A stretch of 64,000 bases of DNA from Escherichia phage kaaroe: the sequence record MN850574.1, one strand, 5' to 3'. How positions within the stretch are numbered: position 1 is the first letter of the stretch; each line of letters begins with the position of its first letter. Below, piece after piece: positions 8,827 to 22,502 of the stretch. The notes under the pieces are model-generated. The model searched no databases. It worked only from the letters and a program-made list of their open reading frames with translations, and had not been told where the DNA came from. The position numbers were made by a program, and so were the translations under genes.

Positions 8827-10068
8827 TTAAGCGTTGTCAATCTCAAGCGGTGGCAGTTCGATTCCTAAAATGTAGGACATTTCTGAACGTCCAGCCATTT
8901 TACCCCAATCGTCACCCTTGATGACCTGGTGTTCTTCCTGATCAACTTTTGATGTGTATGGGTTGACAGATAGTGAATAACGATTCATAATAGCTACATG
9001 ATGCTGGAAGCTATTAGGGTCAATTACGCTCTTATACGCGCCAGCGCCGTCGGCTTCTGTATATGGGGAGTAGAACAGAGAACCTACACTCTCCATATCA
9101 CCGATCATGTGCTTACAACCAACGAGCATATAATCGAAAGGTGTCGTCGTGTCTGCGTACACTTCCAGACCGCAACGTAGACGACCTTCGCTTAGAGCAT
9201 TGTCGGTTTCTTCCATCCATCCGGTAGATTGCAGGAGGCCAACCACGCGAGAAGACGCCAAAACGTATGTACCAGCAAAGGAGGAAGTCCGCAACATTTG
9301 ATTGCTCATCTCGCACGCGTAGCGGTAAAGTTCACGCGCTTGTGTTGGTGCATCCTGAACGCTAACGAGAGAAAGTACGCCATCAGGGGTGATCCCTTTA
9401 ATTTTATAGCGAGATGATACAGTGATCAACTTCTGAATAATATCTTTGTTGATCTCTTCGGAAGCAACAGTAGCCAGAAGATCAATTACAGAGTTTTCAG
9501 AGTTGATTTGGCTTGCCTCAAGATCCTGCATCAATTCGGTCGTGAATGAGGTTTTCAGTTTACGAGAACCTACATTAACTTGCCACTTGTCAAACTGCAT
9601 AGAGGTAGACGCAATTTCGGTGTTTTTATCTTCAAAGTATTCTACCGATGCACAATCGCTATAGAAACGAATTTTGTTTGTCATTACGCCTTTAAAGATC
9701 GCAGCTTCTGGAGTTGCGGCATCTTCACCGACTGTACCAGCGGTCACAACTTCGTATACAACATCGCCTGATTTGAATAGTGCGCCTTCGTCATAAGATT
9801 TTTCTTTTGAAAACTCTTCAATCTCTGTGCGATCACCAACCGCGCCACCGTAGGTTGCAGCAGTTCGGAAAGTCATCTGACCATCATGATTAAGATAACG
9901 TAGGCCGTACAATGCAGATACTGGTTGATCCGTTGGCTGGATTGCTACCAGATCAGAGAAAATCAGGTTGTTTACCGCGCGAGTTAATGATAATAGTTGC
10001 GGTCGCGCTGTCTGGTTAGCTACTGAGGAAGTAGATTCCCGCAACAGTTCAGTAAAAATATGAGTCAT
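8827..10068 (-). CDS. 24: head vertex protein gp24
   Basis: collinear with T4 gp24 (ELLRES, RSLYRM-like, IDGGD.DKMAGRS-like motifs); start set at ATG 10068 rather than upstream track start. Confidence 0.9.
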   Translation of the reverse strand: MTHIFTELLRESTSSVANQTARPQLLSLTRAVNNLIFSDLVAIQPTDQPVSALYGLRYLNHDGQMTFRTAATYGGAVGDRTEIEEFSKEKSYDEGALFKSGDVVYEVVTAGTVGEDAATPEAAIFKGVMTNKIRFYSDCASVEYFEDKNTEIASTSMQFDKWQVNVGSRKLKTSFTTELMQDLEASQINSENSVIDLLATVASEEINKDIIQKLITVSSRYKIKGITPDGVLSLVSVQDAPTQARELYRYACEMSNQMLRTSSFAGTYVLASSRVVGLLQSTGWMEETDNALSEGRLRCGLEVYADTTTPFDYMLVGCKHMIGDMESVGSLFYSPYTEADGAGAYKSVIDPNSFQHHVAIMNRYSLSVNPYTSKVDQEEHQVIKGDDWGKMAGRSEMSYILGIELPPLEIDNA

Positions 10069-10105
10069 GTTTATGAATCCTGTATTTGCCTTAATGGATA
10101 TATCA

Positions 10106-10113
10106 TATTTATA
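10106..10113 (-). promoter_or_regulatory. T4-type late promoter motif TATAAATA (for gp24)
   Basis: exact motif on minus strand about 38 nt upstream of ATG 10068. Confidence 0.5.
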
Positions 10114-10120
10114 CAAAAAG

Positions 10121-10142
10121 AAAAAGGAATCCAAAGGATTCC
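10121..10142 (-). terminator. rho-independent terminator (minus strand)
   Basis: hairpin GGAATCC-AAA-GGATTCC followed by T-run on minus strand. Confidence 0.55.
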
Positions 10143-10152
10143 AAAAATAAAC

Positions 10153-10305
10153 TTACTTCTTCCTAGAAACATTATCAACGCTACGGTTAACTTTGTTTAC
10201 CAGATTAATTGCATGATCAGAACGAATAATTGCATAAGCTAATGCTAACATCAATTCGTTGTATTCCTTACGAGTCATAACATAGCTGTTTTCTTTCTTA
10301 CTCAT
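10153..10305 (-). CDS. small hypothetical protein (50 aa)
   Basis: ATG preceded by AAGGAGGAATGC; located in gp23-gp24 intergenic region. Confidence 0.35.
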   Translation of the reverse strand: MSKKENSYVMTRKEYNELMLALAYAIIRSDHAINLVNKVNRSVDNVSRKK

Positions 10306-10667
10306 GCATTCCTCCTTATGGAGAATTTTGGGTTAATTCGGGGAACAGCGTACCAAAACCAAAAATTACCGCTAGCGTCACACTGGAATGTCATAACAAG
10401 GTCGGCATACACCAGATCTTGTATATCTACCAAATCTATCCGACCCAATATCAACATGAACGCTCATTTCATTCATTGGTCCCTTTGCCATGCAGTTACT
10501 ACGAAAATTGGTGGAATTGTTTGTTGTGTTTTAATAAATCCAGCATCAAAAGAAATCACATATCATAGCCACCGGATTTAGGCTAGCAACCCACCGATGT
10601 TCTGCATCTTCCTGTCTTTGTTGTGTGTATCTATTTTCGCTCACAATAGAATATAGGCTTGCAACCT

Positions 10668-10675
10668 TATTTATA
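10668..10675 (-). promoter_or_regulatory. T4-type late promoter motif TATAAATA
   Basis: exact motif on minus strand in the gp23-gp24 spacer. Confidence 0.4.
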
Positions 10676-10690
10676 ACGGGTTATAATACG

Positions 10691-10720
10691 CAAAAAGGGA
10701 AGACCCTTTCGAGTCTTCCC
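10691..10720 (-). terminator. rho-independent terminator after gp23
   Basis: hairpin GGGAAGAC-N8-GTCTTCCC with T-run on minus strand, immediately 3' of gp23. Confidence 0.65.
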
Positions 10721-10805
10721 TTTGGAATTAACACTTTACACTGTCATAAGGTTTATGATAAGTCGGGTATTGCACCCGACCGGAGTTTTTCAGGAATGGC
10801 TTATA

Positions 10806-12404
10806 TTAGCAACCTTTAACCCATACACGACGGAAGTATGCGTTTTTACCTACGCTGTCTTTGCTCAACATACCGGAGGTGATGCGAGCGGACGGTGCCT
10901 GGGATTTGCTGTCTGCAAACGGGTTAATGCCGATGCCATAGCGAGTCTTGAAGCCCAGAACCGGGTGGAAAGACTGCGGGTCAGTTGCACGCAGCGGAGT
11001 CAGAGCAACATACGGAGCATAGTAGATACCAGCATCCATTTCGTTGTCGCCTTTGTAACCTACGGTGAAGTAGTCTTGACGAGCATACTGGTCGATGAAC
11101 ACTTTGTACTTACCAGCCAGAACACCAGCGAAAACAGCTTTAGTGGTGTCGGTATTCAGACCTTTTGCAGCACCCTGCATAGCAAGACTGATACCCTGAT
11201 CAGCAGAAGCCAGAATGTTTACAACGTTACGGGAAGCGATAACAAAGTTACCAGCACCGCGACCAGTCTGACGAGCGATTTCAGCAGCTTCTTTGTCGAT
11301 CTGGTAGATCAGAGATTTGAAGGATTCACCAGCCCAACGAGCACCGCGAGTATCGATCGGGTCTTGCAGGTCAAATACACCAGCTTTAGAACCAACGGTC
11401 TGAGTCATACCAGTCTTACCAACCTGAGCGGTAAAGTTGATGACGTCAACGATTTCACGGTTGATTTCCAGCAGAACTTCGTTAGCCAGGATAGCATTCA
11501 GTTCAGCGTCAGCATCCATACCGTGTACAGCACGCAGATCCTGCGCAACTTCGATAGAGTAACGGGCTTTCAGTTGGCGAGATTTCGCTTCAACAACCTG
11601 TTTGTCAATACGCATTGACATTTCAGCCCACGGGTTATTGCTGGAACCGTTAAAGCCTTCCTGAATTTCGGCAATGGAAGTCGCCATACCGAAAGCGATT
11701 TCAGCCAGTTTACCTTCTTCCATCAGCTTCATGACAACTTCATCATCTGACTCGCTGCCAGCTTGGGTCGGGGTTACTTGTCCTGCGGTAACGTTTTGCA
11801 GATATGCAATGCCAGTTTCTGCGAAGGTGTGGTGTACAATATCACCTGCTTCAATCGGAGTGCTGAGAGTTAGTTTAGCGAATGCAGTACCAGTTGGTGA
11901 ACCTACAGTTGCACCTTTAGCAGCAAGAGAGCTATGGAACGCATCAGGTGCATACATCGGATGGAATGCTTCACGAACATTCTGAGCATTGCCACCTGCC
12001 AGCGGATCTGGACCGTATACAGAACGGATTGCAAAGATCTGGCTAGTCGGAGTGCTCATCGGCTGAACGCCACAAATATCAAATGCGATCAGGTTAGGAA
12101 TAGCACGGCGAACCATACCGATAACAGCCGGACCTACGTTAGTGATTGCACCAGTGGTCTGACCAGCCGCGATCTGAGATGCGTCATAACCGTGGTCGCC
12201 AGCAACTTCGGCTTCTGCGATAAAGCCACCGAATGCTTCAACAACTTTTTCATCCTTATAGATCGGGTCTACAGCAAAATCCGCTTCCTGAGATTCCAGA
12301 ATTTTAGCAACCAGTTTCTGCTTAGACGCAGTTGCGATTTCCGGCAGTTTTTCGTTCTCCAGCAGCGGGGACCATTTTTCCATCAGTTCTTTGGTAGTTT
12401 TCAT
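10806..12404 (-). CDS. 23: major capsid protein gp23
   Basis: 532 aa; long identical stretches with T4 gp23 (MVRRAIPNLIAFDICGVQPM, GARWAGESFK, GIYYAPYVALTPL, KTRYGIGINPFA). Confidence 0.97.
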   Translation of the reverse strand: MKTTKELMEKWSPLLENEKLPEIATASKQKLVAKILESQEADFAVDPIYKDEKVVEAFGGFIAEAEVAGDHGYDASQIAAGQTTGAITNVGPAVIGMVRRAIPNLIAFDICGVQPMSTPTSQIFAIRSVYGPDPLAGGNAQNVREAFHPMYAPDAFHSSLAAKGATVGSPTGTAFAKLTLSTPIEAGDIVHHTFAETGIAYLQNVTAGQVTPTQAGSESDDEVVMKLMEEGKLAEIAFGMATSIAEIQEGFNGSSNNPWAEMSMRIDKQVVEAKSRQLKARYSIEVAQDLRAVHGMDADAELNAILANEVLLEINREIVDVINFTAQVGKTGMTQTVGSKAGVFDLQDPIDTRGARWAGESFKSLIYQIDKEAAEIARQTGRGAGNFVIASRNVVNILASADQGISLAMQGAAKGLNTDTTKAVFAGVLAGKYKVFIDQYARQDYFTVGYKGDNEMDAGIYYAPYVALTPLRATDPQSFHPVLGFKTRYGIGINPFADSKSQAPSARITSGMLSKDSVGKNAYFRRVWVKGC

Positions 12405-12437
12405 GTTCTTTAAACCTTGTTTGTTGTTAACCTAAAG

Positions 12438-12445
12438 TATTTATA
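12438..12445 (-). promoter_or_regulatory. T4-type late promoter motif TATAAATA (for gp23)
   Basis: exact motif on minus strand upstream of gp23 ATG. Confidence 0.55.
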
Positions 12446-12463
12446 AAGTAGATTTGAATTACA

Positions 12464-13258
12464 TTAGATGAAATTCAGGTAGCGGGATACGCCGGAATCT
12501 ACAGTTGCCTTTTTCTCTGATTCTTCGACAGCTTCTGCAATAACATTCAGCTTGTCGGCATCAGTATTTAGTGATTCTTCAATCTTCGCTGGTTTGTCTT
12601 CTTTCTTAGCAACCATTTCGACAATTGCAGTTAATTTCTTATCGAAAGTTTCGCTATATTCCAGACCTTCAATCAGTGCGGTTACTTTTTCTTTCTGAGT
12701 ATCGGAAAGATCACGAGTGCTTTCATTGATCGCTTGTTCGCGCTTCATGACACGAATTTCGCTTTCAAGTTGCAGTTTGGCATCAAAGAGTTCAGAGGTT
12801 TTTTCTTTTTCTTCTTTGAGTGCTTCGTCAAGTTCAGCAACAACGTCTACAGATTCTTCCGGTACTACAACATTGTGAGTAACGAAAACATCTTTCAGAG
12901 AACCAATCAGGGATTCGCACAGATCCGCTTTAATATTACGGGTGACGGCTTCTTTATTTTCTGCCAGCCATTTAGCGCCTAAGTGATTCAGGAATTTATC
13001 TGCATCTTCGTACAGTTTGGTTTCAATCTCGGTGCGTGCTTCTTCGACCTTTGATTCTACCAGTTCATCGGCTTTAGCGGCGATTTTTTCAATGTGGCTT
13101 TCTGCCAGAGCAACAGCATTAGCTTTTACCGCCTGAGCGTAGATAGTACCAAAATTTTCTTTTACTTCCGGCGACAGTTCGACGGATTCAAACAGGTCAT
13201 CGAGAGCAACGTCTACGGTGATCTGTTTTGCTTCTTCGAGCAGCATTTCTTTAAGCAT
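12464..13258 (-). CDS. 22: prohead core scaffold protein gp22
   Basis: 264 aa acidic coiled-coil-rich protein between gp21 and gp23. Confidence 0.8.
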   Translation of the reverse strand: MLKEMLLEEAKQITVDVALDDLFESVELSPEVKENFGTIYAQAVKANAVALAESHIEKIAAKADELVESKVEEARTEIETKLYEDADKFLNHLGAKWLAENKEAVTRNIKADLCESLIGSLKDVFVTHNVVVPEESVDVVAELDEALKEEKEKTSELFDAKLQLESEIRVMKREQAINESTRDLSDTQKEKVTALIEGLEYSETFDKKLTAIVEMVAKKEDKPAKIEESLNTDADKLNVIAEAVEESEKKATVDSGVSRYLNFI

Positions 13259-13289
13259 GGTTATAACCTTCTTGTTGATAACGACGTTA

Positions 13290-13985
13290 TTATTTATAGC
13301 GTTTAGATAACGCTTCTGCGAGCGCCATAAACGCGCTATTATTCGATTCTACGATGTTTTGTTGTGAGGCTGTAGGGTTAGTCACTTTTTCGGTTTTATC
13401 GATTTCTGGTGCGTCTGACGCGCTAGAATCGCTATCCGTTGACTCAACCACCGGAGTTACCCACGCATCCGGTGCGCTCGGACCCCATACAACATCAACA
13501 CCAACCGTCAACACAAAACCTTCCTGTACAATATTGTATCCGCGACCAGAGTCTTTCAACCGACCCAACCCACGGGAGGAAACGCCAGGAATCCAGCCAG
13601 CGCGAATCAGTGCAGCAAGTTTATCACCTGCGCCTTTATCCCCTTCAATAACACGGGCTTTACCCATCACGTTATTACCTTCCCACCATAATTTTTCAAT
13701 TATGATGCAAGCATTAGATGGATCTGGCATTGCTCTTGCTGGGTGATTAAGTTCGCCTAGAGCTTGATGTGTCTCAACTTGTTCATGTATGTATTTAGTA
13801 ACCGCATTTTCTAGAACACTGCGAGGATACCAGCGTTTATTGCGGTTTACCGTTTCGGCTTGCAGGAAAATCCCTTGAATATAGAGATTTCCTGTAGCCT
13901 TATCATCAAATGATTCAAGCAATGACGAACTACCGCGAGCACAAGGAACGCCCCATTGTTCGATCAGTAATTCGTTCTTTTCCAT
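13290..13985 (-). CDS. 21: prohead core protease gp21
   Basis: 231 aa; position and T4 gp21-like segments (WYPRSVLENA, GELNHP); late-promoter motif for gp22 overlaps its 3' end. Confidence 0.8.
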   Translation of the reverse strand: MEKNELLIEQWGVPCARGSSSLLESFDDKATGNLYIQGIFLQAETVNRNKRWYPRSVLENAVTKYIHEQVETHQALGELNHPARAMPDPSNACIIIEKLWWEGNNVMGKARVIEGDKGAGDKLAALIRAGWIPGVSSRGLGRLKDSGRGYNIVQEGFVLTVGVDVVWGPSAPDAWVTPVVESTDSDSSASDAPEIDKTEKVTNPTASQQNIVESNNSAFMALAEALSKRYK

Positions 13986-13996
13986 GTTGTTTCCTG

Positions 13997-14404
13997 TTAT
14001 AATCCTAACGCCTTACGTTTACGCATTGCTTTTTTGCGCTTACGTTCCGCATGACGTTCGATAGATGGATTTGCACGTTTGGTTTTTGCAGCACGACGGG
14101 CAATTTGACGGCGTTTAGCTTTGCTTAGGCCAGTAGTCATGTAAGCATTGCGCTCACGGGTTTTGCGATCTTTCTTACGTGCAACTTCCCCGCGTGCGTT
14201 TACATGTTTAACCATTGCTTCATTTACAGTAATTCCGTCGATGATAGACAGCATTGCTACCGCCAGTTCCGGCTCATCCTCGGAGATACCTTCAACGATT
14301 TTCAATAGTTCTTCTGACTCAAACATAGCCAACATGTCCAATTTTTCCTGTGCTTCCGGCAGAAAAGTTTCTAAGTCAGCTTTAGGAGTAAAATCTTTAA
14401 TCAT
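13997..14404 (-). CDS. 68: prohead core protein gp68
   Basis: 135 aa, basic C-terminus, synteny 20-67-68-21. Confidence 0.65.
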   Translation of the reverse strand: MIKDFTPKADLETFLPEAQEKLDMLAMFESEELLKIVEGISEDEPELAVAMLSIIDGITVNEAMVKHVNARGEVARKKDRKTRERNAYMTTGLSKAKRRQIARRAAKTKRANPSIERHAERKRKKAMRKRKALGL

Positions 14405-14416
14405 GTTGGCTTCCTA

Positions 14417-14656
14417 TTATTCGTCGTCTTCTTTGTCTTTTTTATCGTCTTTGCGATCTTCGTCTTCGTCGTCCTCATCTTCCATATCTTCATCATCGCG
14501 GTCTTTTTCTTCTTCACCTTCGATCATGATACTGGATGCGATTTCGACACGCTGGGATTCGATGATCTGGGCTTTTTTAGCCTCCATGATCTTATCAAAT
14601 TCTTTTTCGATCAGCGTTAGATCGCGAGTTTTAATTGCTTCGATAAATTGTTTCAT
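14417..14656 (-). CDS. 67: prohead core protein gp67
   Basis: 79 aa with highly acidic C-terminus, synteny. Confidence 0.65.
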   Translation of the reverse strand: MKQFIEAIKTRDLTLIEKEFDKIMEAKKAQIIESQRVEIASSIMIEGEEEKDRDDEDMEDEDDEDEDRKDDKKDKEDDE

Positions 14657-16222
14657 TTAAAAATCCTCTATTTCATCGGGAGTTTGTTTAAAGCGCGGAT
14701 CGTTCGCTTCTTCTTCGATCTGTTTCTTCTCGGTGTCCATCTGGTCATCGGTATATTTCAGAATGTCACGCATCACTGTCTGGTTAGAGAAATATTTACC
14801 AATGTAAGGTGTAATACGTTCGATTAGACCGATTCGACGTTCTAAAATTTCCGCGTCTTTAACTTCTGTATAATAAGAGTCCCGATGGAAAACCACCTTG
14901 ATATTATTTATTTCACGATCCCAATCGTCTTCCGTAATTACATTTTTGAGAATCAGATTATATTTCAGAGGATCGCGCAATACTTCCGAAAACTGTGATT
15001 GCAGAGTTCTAATGAATTTCGAAAATTCCAACTCATCGCGAGTAATTTCTGAACCGTCACCACCGATCACCATATTAGCATCGGAGAGATTACTGCGTGA
15101 CAATGGTACACGCAACGCTTCATACAATTTACGGTTAAAGTAGCGAATATCATCGATATCACTCATACCGGATGCACCGGGTAAAGTAGTAACGTCGGTT
15201 ATTGCTTTACCATCTCGACGCTGTAACCAGTAGTCCTCTGTCATTGATAGATTTGCTTGCTGGTTTTTAAGTTTACCAGTCGATGCATCATAAACAACGC
15301 GGTTTTTAAAAGACTGTGCCACTGAGTTCATGTGCTGTGCAGCCTTGCGGTTGTTCATGTTTCCGGTATCAATAAAGAACACTCGGCGTTCCGGTGCACG
15401 CGTGATACGATAAACGACCATTGCGTCTTCCAACAATTTAAGCTGGTTTGCTGGCTTAACAGCCCGATGCAAATAACCAATGATATATTTATCATCGCAA
15501 TCCATCAAGCCGCTGTGAGCGTATGTAATAGCACTACGCGGGATTTTAACGCGACTATTGGGAGAGAATACTTGACCACCCGCGCAATAAGAACTATTGC
15601 CTACGGTGTAAATGAAATATTCTTTTGTTGCTTTATAAATTTTACCTTCCGGTGTGTCTTCTGTAATGATCTCTCGAACGTATTCAAGATTACGTGGGTC
15701 AAGCTGGCGTAATTCTACGATACCATCTTTTGGATTTTTGCCGATGATTTTATGGAAGAAAATACGCGAATCGACATACCAGCGACGGAACATATCCTGA
15801 CCGCGCCTATCAAACTGGATAGTGTTTAAAAGATCTTTAAATTCTTCATGAATGCGCTCTTTTACAGATTCACTAAAGCCAGTCGCCTCAAGATTTAATG
15901 AAACAACTTCATGACCTTCTTCAAATACAATCGCATCGTTAACGATATTTTGTACAGCGTTTTCGACTTCATGGTTATTCATCAAACCGCGATATGTGTT
16001 AACTAATTGCTTAGTTGTGCTGATTTTCTGGTCGGTGCTGTAAAATTGCTGGGTAAGAGAGTTCCACGCGCTAGCAGGTAAATTATCATTAATTTCTACT
16101 TCCGTAGCACCATCATTGTTTTTAGGTGCGGCGATAGACTCTGCTTTATCTTTAATTTGTTCTTCGTATTTGTCGTTGTCAAAATCAGCCCAACGCGCAA
16201 GCATTTTTAATCTACTAAACAT
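14657..16222 (-). CDS. 20: portal vertex protein gp20
   Basis: 521 aa; RRWYVDSRIFFHKII, GYLHRAVKPANQLKLLEDA, MTEDYWLQRRDGKA match T4 gp20. Confidence 0.95.
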   Translation of the reverse strand: MFSRLKMLARWADFDNDKYEEQIKDKAESIAAPKNNDGATEVEINDNLPASAWNSLTQQFYSTDQKISTTKQLVNTYRGLMNNHEVENAVQNIVNDAIVFEEGHEVVSLNLEATGFSESVKERIHEEFKDLLNTIQFDRRGQDMFRRWYVDSRIFFHKIIGKNPKDGIVELRQLDPRNLEYVREIITEDTPEGKIYKATKEYFIYTVGNSSYCAGGQVFSPNSRVKIPRSAITYAHSGLMDCDDKYIIGYLHRAVKPANQLKLLEDAMVVYRITRAPERRVFFIDTGNMNNRKAAQHMNSVAQSFKNRVVYDASTGKLKNQQANLSMTEDYWLQRRDGKAITDVTTLPGASGMSDIDDIRYFNRKLYEALRVPLSRSNLSDANMVIGGDGSEITRDELEFSKFIRTLQSQFSEVLRDPLKYNLILKNVITEDDWDREINNIKVVFHRDSYYTEVKDAEILERRIGLIERITPYIGKYFSNQTVMRDILKYTDDQMDTEKKQIEEEANDPRFKQTPDEIEDF

Positions 16223-16249
16223 TATTCACCTCGAATTGGGAGAAATTAG

Positions 16250-16268
16250 GCGGGGAACTTCTCCCCGC
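16250..16268 (-). promoter_or_regulatory. intercistronic stem-loop GCGGGGA-N5-TCCCCGC (gp19/gp20 junction)
   Basis: 7-bp GC-rich stem, 5-nt loop, no U-run. Confidence 0.4.
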
Positions 16269-16280
16269 ATGATAATATAT

Positions 16281-16775
16281 TTATTCTACCCAATCGATAG
16301 CAAAAGTAACTTCAAACGTTTCAACTTCGTTGTTTTGTTCCCAATCGAGGGTTACTTCACCAACGTTGGTCGGGAAAATACCGTACAATGTTTTTTCGCT
16401 GGTTGATTCGGTGTTACGGTTAAGTTGACGAACAATAGCTTGTTTCTTATATTGTGCCGGAGTTGCACCCGTGATCGCCGAACCAGTGCCGTGTGTCTGA
16501 TCGCTCCATGCAACGATAGCATCACGGATCTTGTGTGCGTCATCGTTGAATACAGTGATGGTCCAGTCGTCGTATACACGGTCGCCAGCGATGTTAATTT
16601 TACGGTTTTGATAGCCTATAGCAATTTTTTCTACGGTAGCAGCCGGGACAGTCGCAGCCTTACACATCAGCTTAAAGTTTTGCCCCAGATACGGGATCTC
16701 AACTTCAAACAGGTTAGGACGAGCAAAATCGCCAGACTCGAAACCGCGTGTAATATCATTCAAATCGAGTGCCAT
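16281..16775 (-). CDS. 19: tail tube protein gp19
   Basis: 164 aa, T4 gp19 size and position. Confidence 0.9.
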   Translation of the reverse strand: MALDLNDITRGFESGDFARPNLFEVEIPYLGQNFKLMCKAATVPAATVEKIAIGYQNRKINIAGDRVYDDWTITVFNDDAHKIRDAIVAWSDQTHGTGSAITGATPAQYKKQAIVRQLNRNTESTSEKTLYGIFPTNVGEVTLDWEQNNEVETFEVTFAIDWVE

Positions 16776-16794
16776 AATTGATATTCCTTAATAG

Positions 16795-16815
16795 AGCGGG
16801 GATTTTCTCCCCGCT
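16795..16815 (-). promoter_or_regulatory. intercistronic stem-loop AGCGGGGA-N5-TCCCCGCT (gp18/gp19 junction)
   Basis: 8-bp stem, same core as hairpin at 16250-16268. Confidence 0.4.
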
Positions 16816-16848
16816 TGATTTAACTTTTAATCTATGCTAATTTACTGA

Positions 16849-18849
16849 TTATGCCTGGTTAGCTGGACCGATAATTTCGTCAAAATCAGAACCAGTTGCA
16901 ACAGCAGTGAAATTGAGCATGATATAGTTGATCGATTTTGCTGGTTTGATGAACATACTAGCAACAAATTCGTTACGATCAATTACATCCGGCGTGTTAT
17001 TCGTGGTGTCGCATTGTACTCGGAAGTCATAAATGCCACCCAGAGAGCGAATCGTGCTGAGATATTGCGAAACCTCCATACGGAAGGAAGCGCGAGTAAA
17101 GTTATCGTTGTTTTCAAACAGTTTGTATTTGCTTGAATCGCCGATATTCTTTTTCAGCATGTTAAACAGACGACGAACGTTAATGCGGTCAAACGGGCTA
17201 GGAACAGTCGTAGCGGTTTTATCACCCATCAGGATAAAACCTTCACCACCAGCACCGATTACCGGGTTAATTGCGGCCTGATACAGACGATCGCGGTGCG
17301 CCTTGCGAGGCTCAATTGCCAGTTTAACAACGTTCATGATCTGACCACGGTTATAACCTGCCGGACTCATCCACGGCTGGGATACAGCATCAGTACGAGC
17401 GCACAAACCAGCAATATCAGCAGCCAACGGAACCCAACGGTTTACGTCGTTGTATTTGTCATACTGATATTTGTAGTTACCATCAATAACCGCGTAAGTG
17501 GTATTAATGTTCATGTTGTTTTCATTATAGTTTCCTGAACCTTCGCGCCATGCAATCAGGTTATCAATTGCGGTAGTCACCGGAATATTAACAACAGTGC
17601 TACGCGGCGGAGAAACCATTACTAAGCAATCCTGACGCTCATCACCGATGGAAACAGCATGTTTCTGTACGGTAGAGAACGCATCGCCTTCGCCAGCACA
17701 TGCACCAGCGATCAACAGGTTTACGTGAATAGATTCTCGTTCAGCAAACAGATCCCAACCTTGCATCATCGCACCGATGAACGGATCAGCACCAACACCA
17801 GCAGTCGTTGCTTCGTTAGCAGAAACACCACCAGCAAGAGAGATAATACCACTGAAACCATCTACCCACCCTTGAGCGGTTGCATAGATGTACTGGCTAG
17901 AACCACGAGCAAAGAAGTCGTCCATGTAGATAGAATTGCCGTATACGTCTTTATCCCCTTTCAGAGTAGACAGTACATAGGATTCTACCACAACACCATC
18001 GCGACGAACAATAAATGCATATTGATTATCATTCTGCGGTGCATATGGAATCAGGTTGCGTGCTGCGGTGCGCTCGCCACCATAAGGATACATGGTCAGA
18101 TCCGGTGCAGTGTTCTTAAACGCACTACGTGCCAGAATTTCCACTTCCAGAGAGTTGCCAATCTCACCAGCATAGATCGCGCTTACCGCTGGCATATCAT
18201 ACTTCTGGAGTTTAGTCAAGAAAGTCTGATTTGTGATATTGGCGCGGGAAGTTTCCAGATCCGTTAAAAGAAGACCGGAATCAGTAACAATTTTAGTTAC
18301 TGACAGCGCCGCACTACCGTTACCTGACGAAGAAGTGAACTCTGCCGTCCAACCGCCATCAAGTTCTGGATATACACCGATTGCTTTAGCGTGAGCGATA
18401 ATTTTACCAGTTGGGATAAATACGCCCTTAACTTTACCATCACCATCAACTTTAGTTACTTTACCAGCCGTTTCAATATCTTGACGGTTATGTTTAATCT
18501 TGATGGTATCGCCTACTTCATAGTTTGAACCTTCGTTTGTGATTTCAAACTCGACGTTACCAGCTAGGGCAGTTGCGTTTTTCGCTTTTTCTTTATTCAA
18601 TACACGAACAACACGCAGGTCATTGCCATACTGGAGGAAGTTAGCCCCGCTCATGAAATAGTCTGCGGTGTTATTATCCGGCTGACCAAATTTATTAACT
18701 AATTCAACTTCATTAGTTACTTGAATAATCTGGAAAGCTGGACCCCATTGGAATTTACCTACCAGTGCAGCGCGACCAGTCGCAGATTGCACAATGGTAG
18801 TGGAGAGAGTAGTTTCTTTCGTTTCGAAACCCGGTGATAATAGAGTCAT
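16849..18849 (-). CDS. 18: tail sheath protein gp18
   Basis: 666 aa, synteny and T4 gp18-like length. Confidence 0.93.
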   Translation of the reverse strand: MTLLSPGFETKETTLSTTIVQSATGRAALVGKFQWGPAFQIIQVTNEVELVNKFGQPDNNTADYFMSGANFLQYGNDLRVVRVLNKEKAKNATALAGNVEFEITNEGSNYEVGDTIKIKHNRQDIETAGKVTKVDGDGKVKGVFIPTGKIIAHAKAIGVYPELDGGWTAEFTSSSGNGSAALSVTKIVTDSGLLLTDLETSRANITNQTFLTKLQKYDMPAVSAIYAGEIGNSLEVEILARSAFKNTAPDLTMYPYGGERTAARNLIPYAPQNDNQYAFIVRRDGVVVESYVLSTLKGDKDVYGNSIYMDDFFARGSSQYIYATAQGWVDGFSGIISLAGGVSANEATTAGVGADPFIGAMMQGWDLFAERESIHVNLLIAGACAGEGDAFSTVQKHAVSIGDERQDCLVMVSPPRSTVVNIPVTTAIDNLIAWREGSGNYNENNMNINTTYAVIDGNYKYQYDKYNDVNRWVPLAADIAGLCARTDAVSQPWMSPAGYNRGQIMNVVKLAIEPRKAHRDRLYQAAINPVIGAGGEGFILMGDKTATTVPSPFDRINVRRLFNMLKKNIGDSSKYKLFENNDNFTRASFRMEVSQYLSTIRSLGGIYDFRVQCDTTNNTPDVIDRNEFVASMFIKPAKSINYIMLNFTAVATGSDFDEIIGPANQA

Positions 18850-18880
18850 TAGAATTTCCTCATCTTTTTATGCATTATCG

Positions 18881-22489
<3,609 letters not shown>

Positions 22490-22502
22490 AATAAATTACC
22501 TC

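Noticed and set aside
10722-11618. 298-aa plus-strand ORF (and 11674-11985, 11934-12413) overlapping gp23
   Set aside because: Antisense to the highly conserved major capsid gene; low-complexity translation; typical shadow ORF.
14148-14660. 170-aa Ser-rich plus-strand ORF
   Set aside because: Antisense to gp68/gp67 whose acidic repeats generate a Ser-rich shadow frame.
17033-18267. Several plus-strand ORFs within gp18
   Set aside because: Antisense shadow ORFs inside a conserved structural gene.
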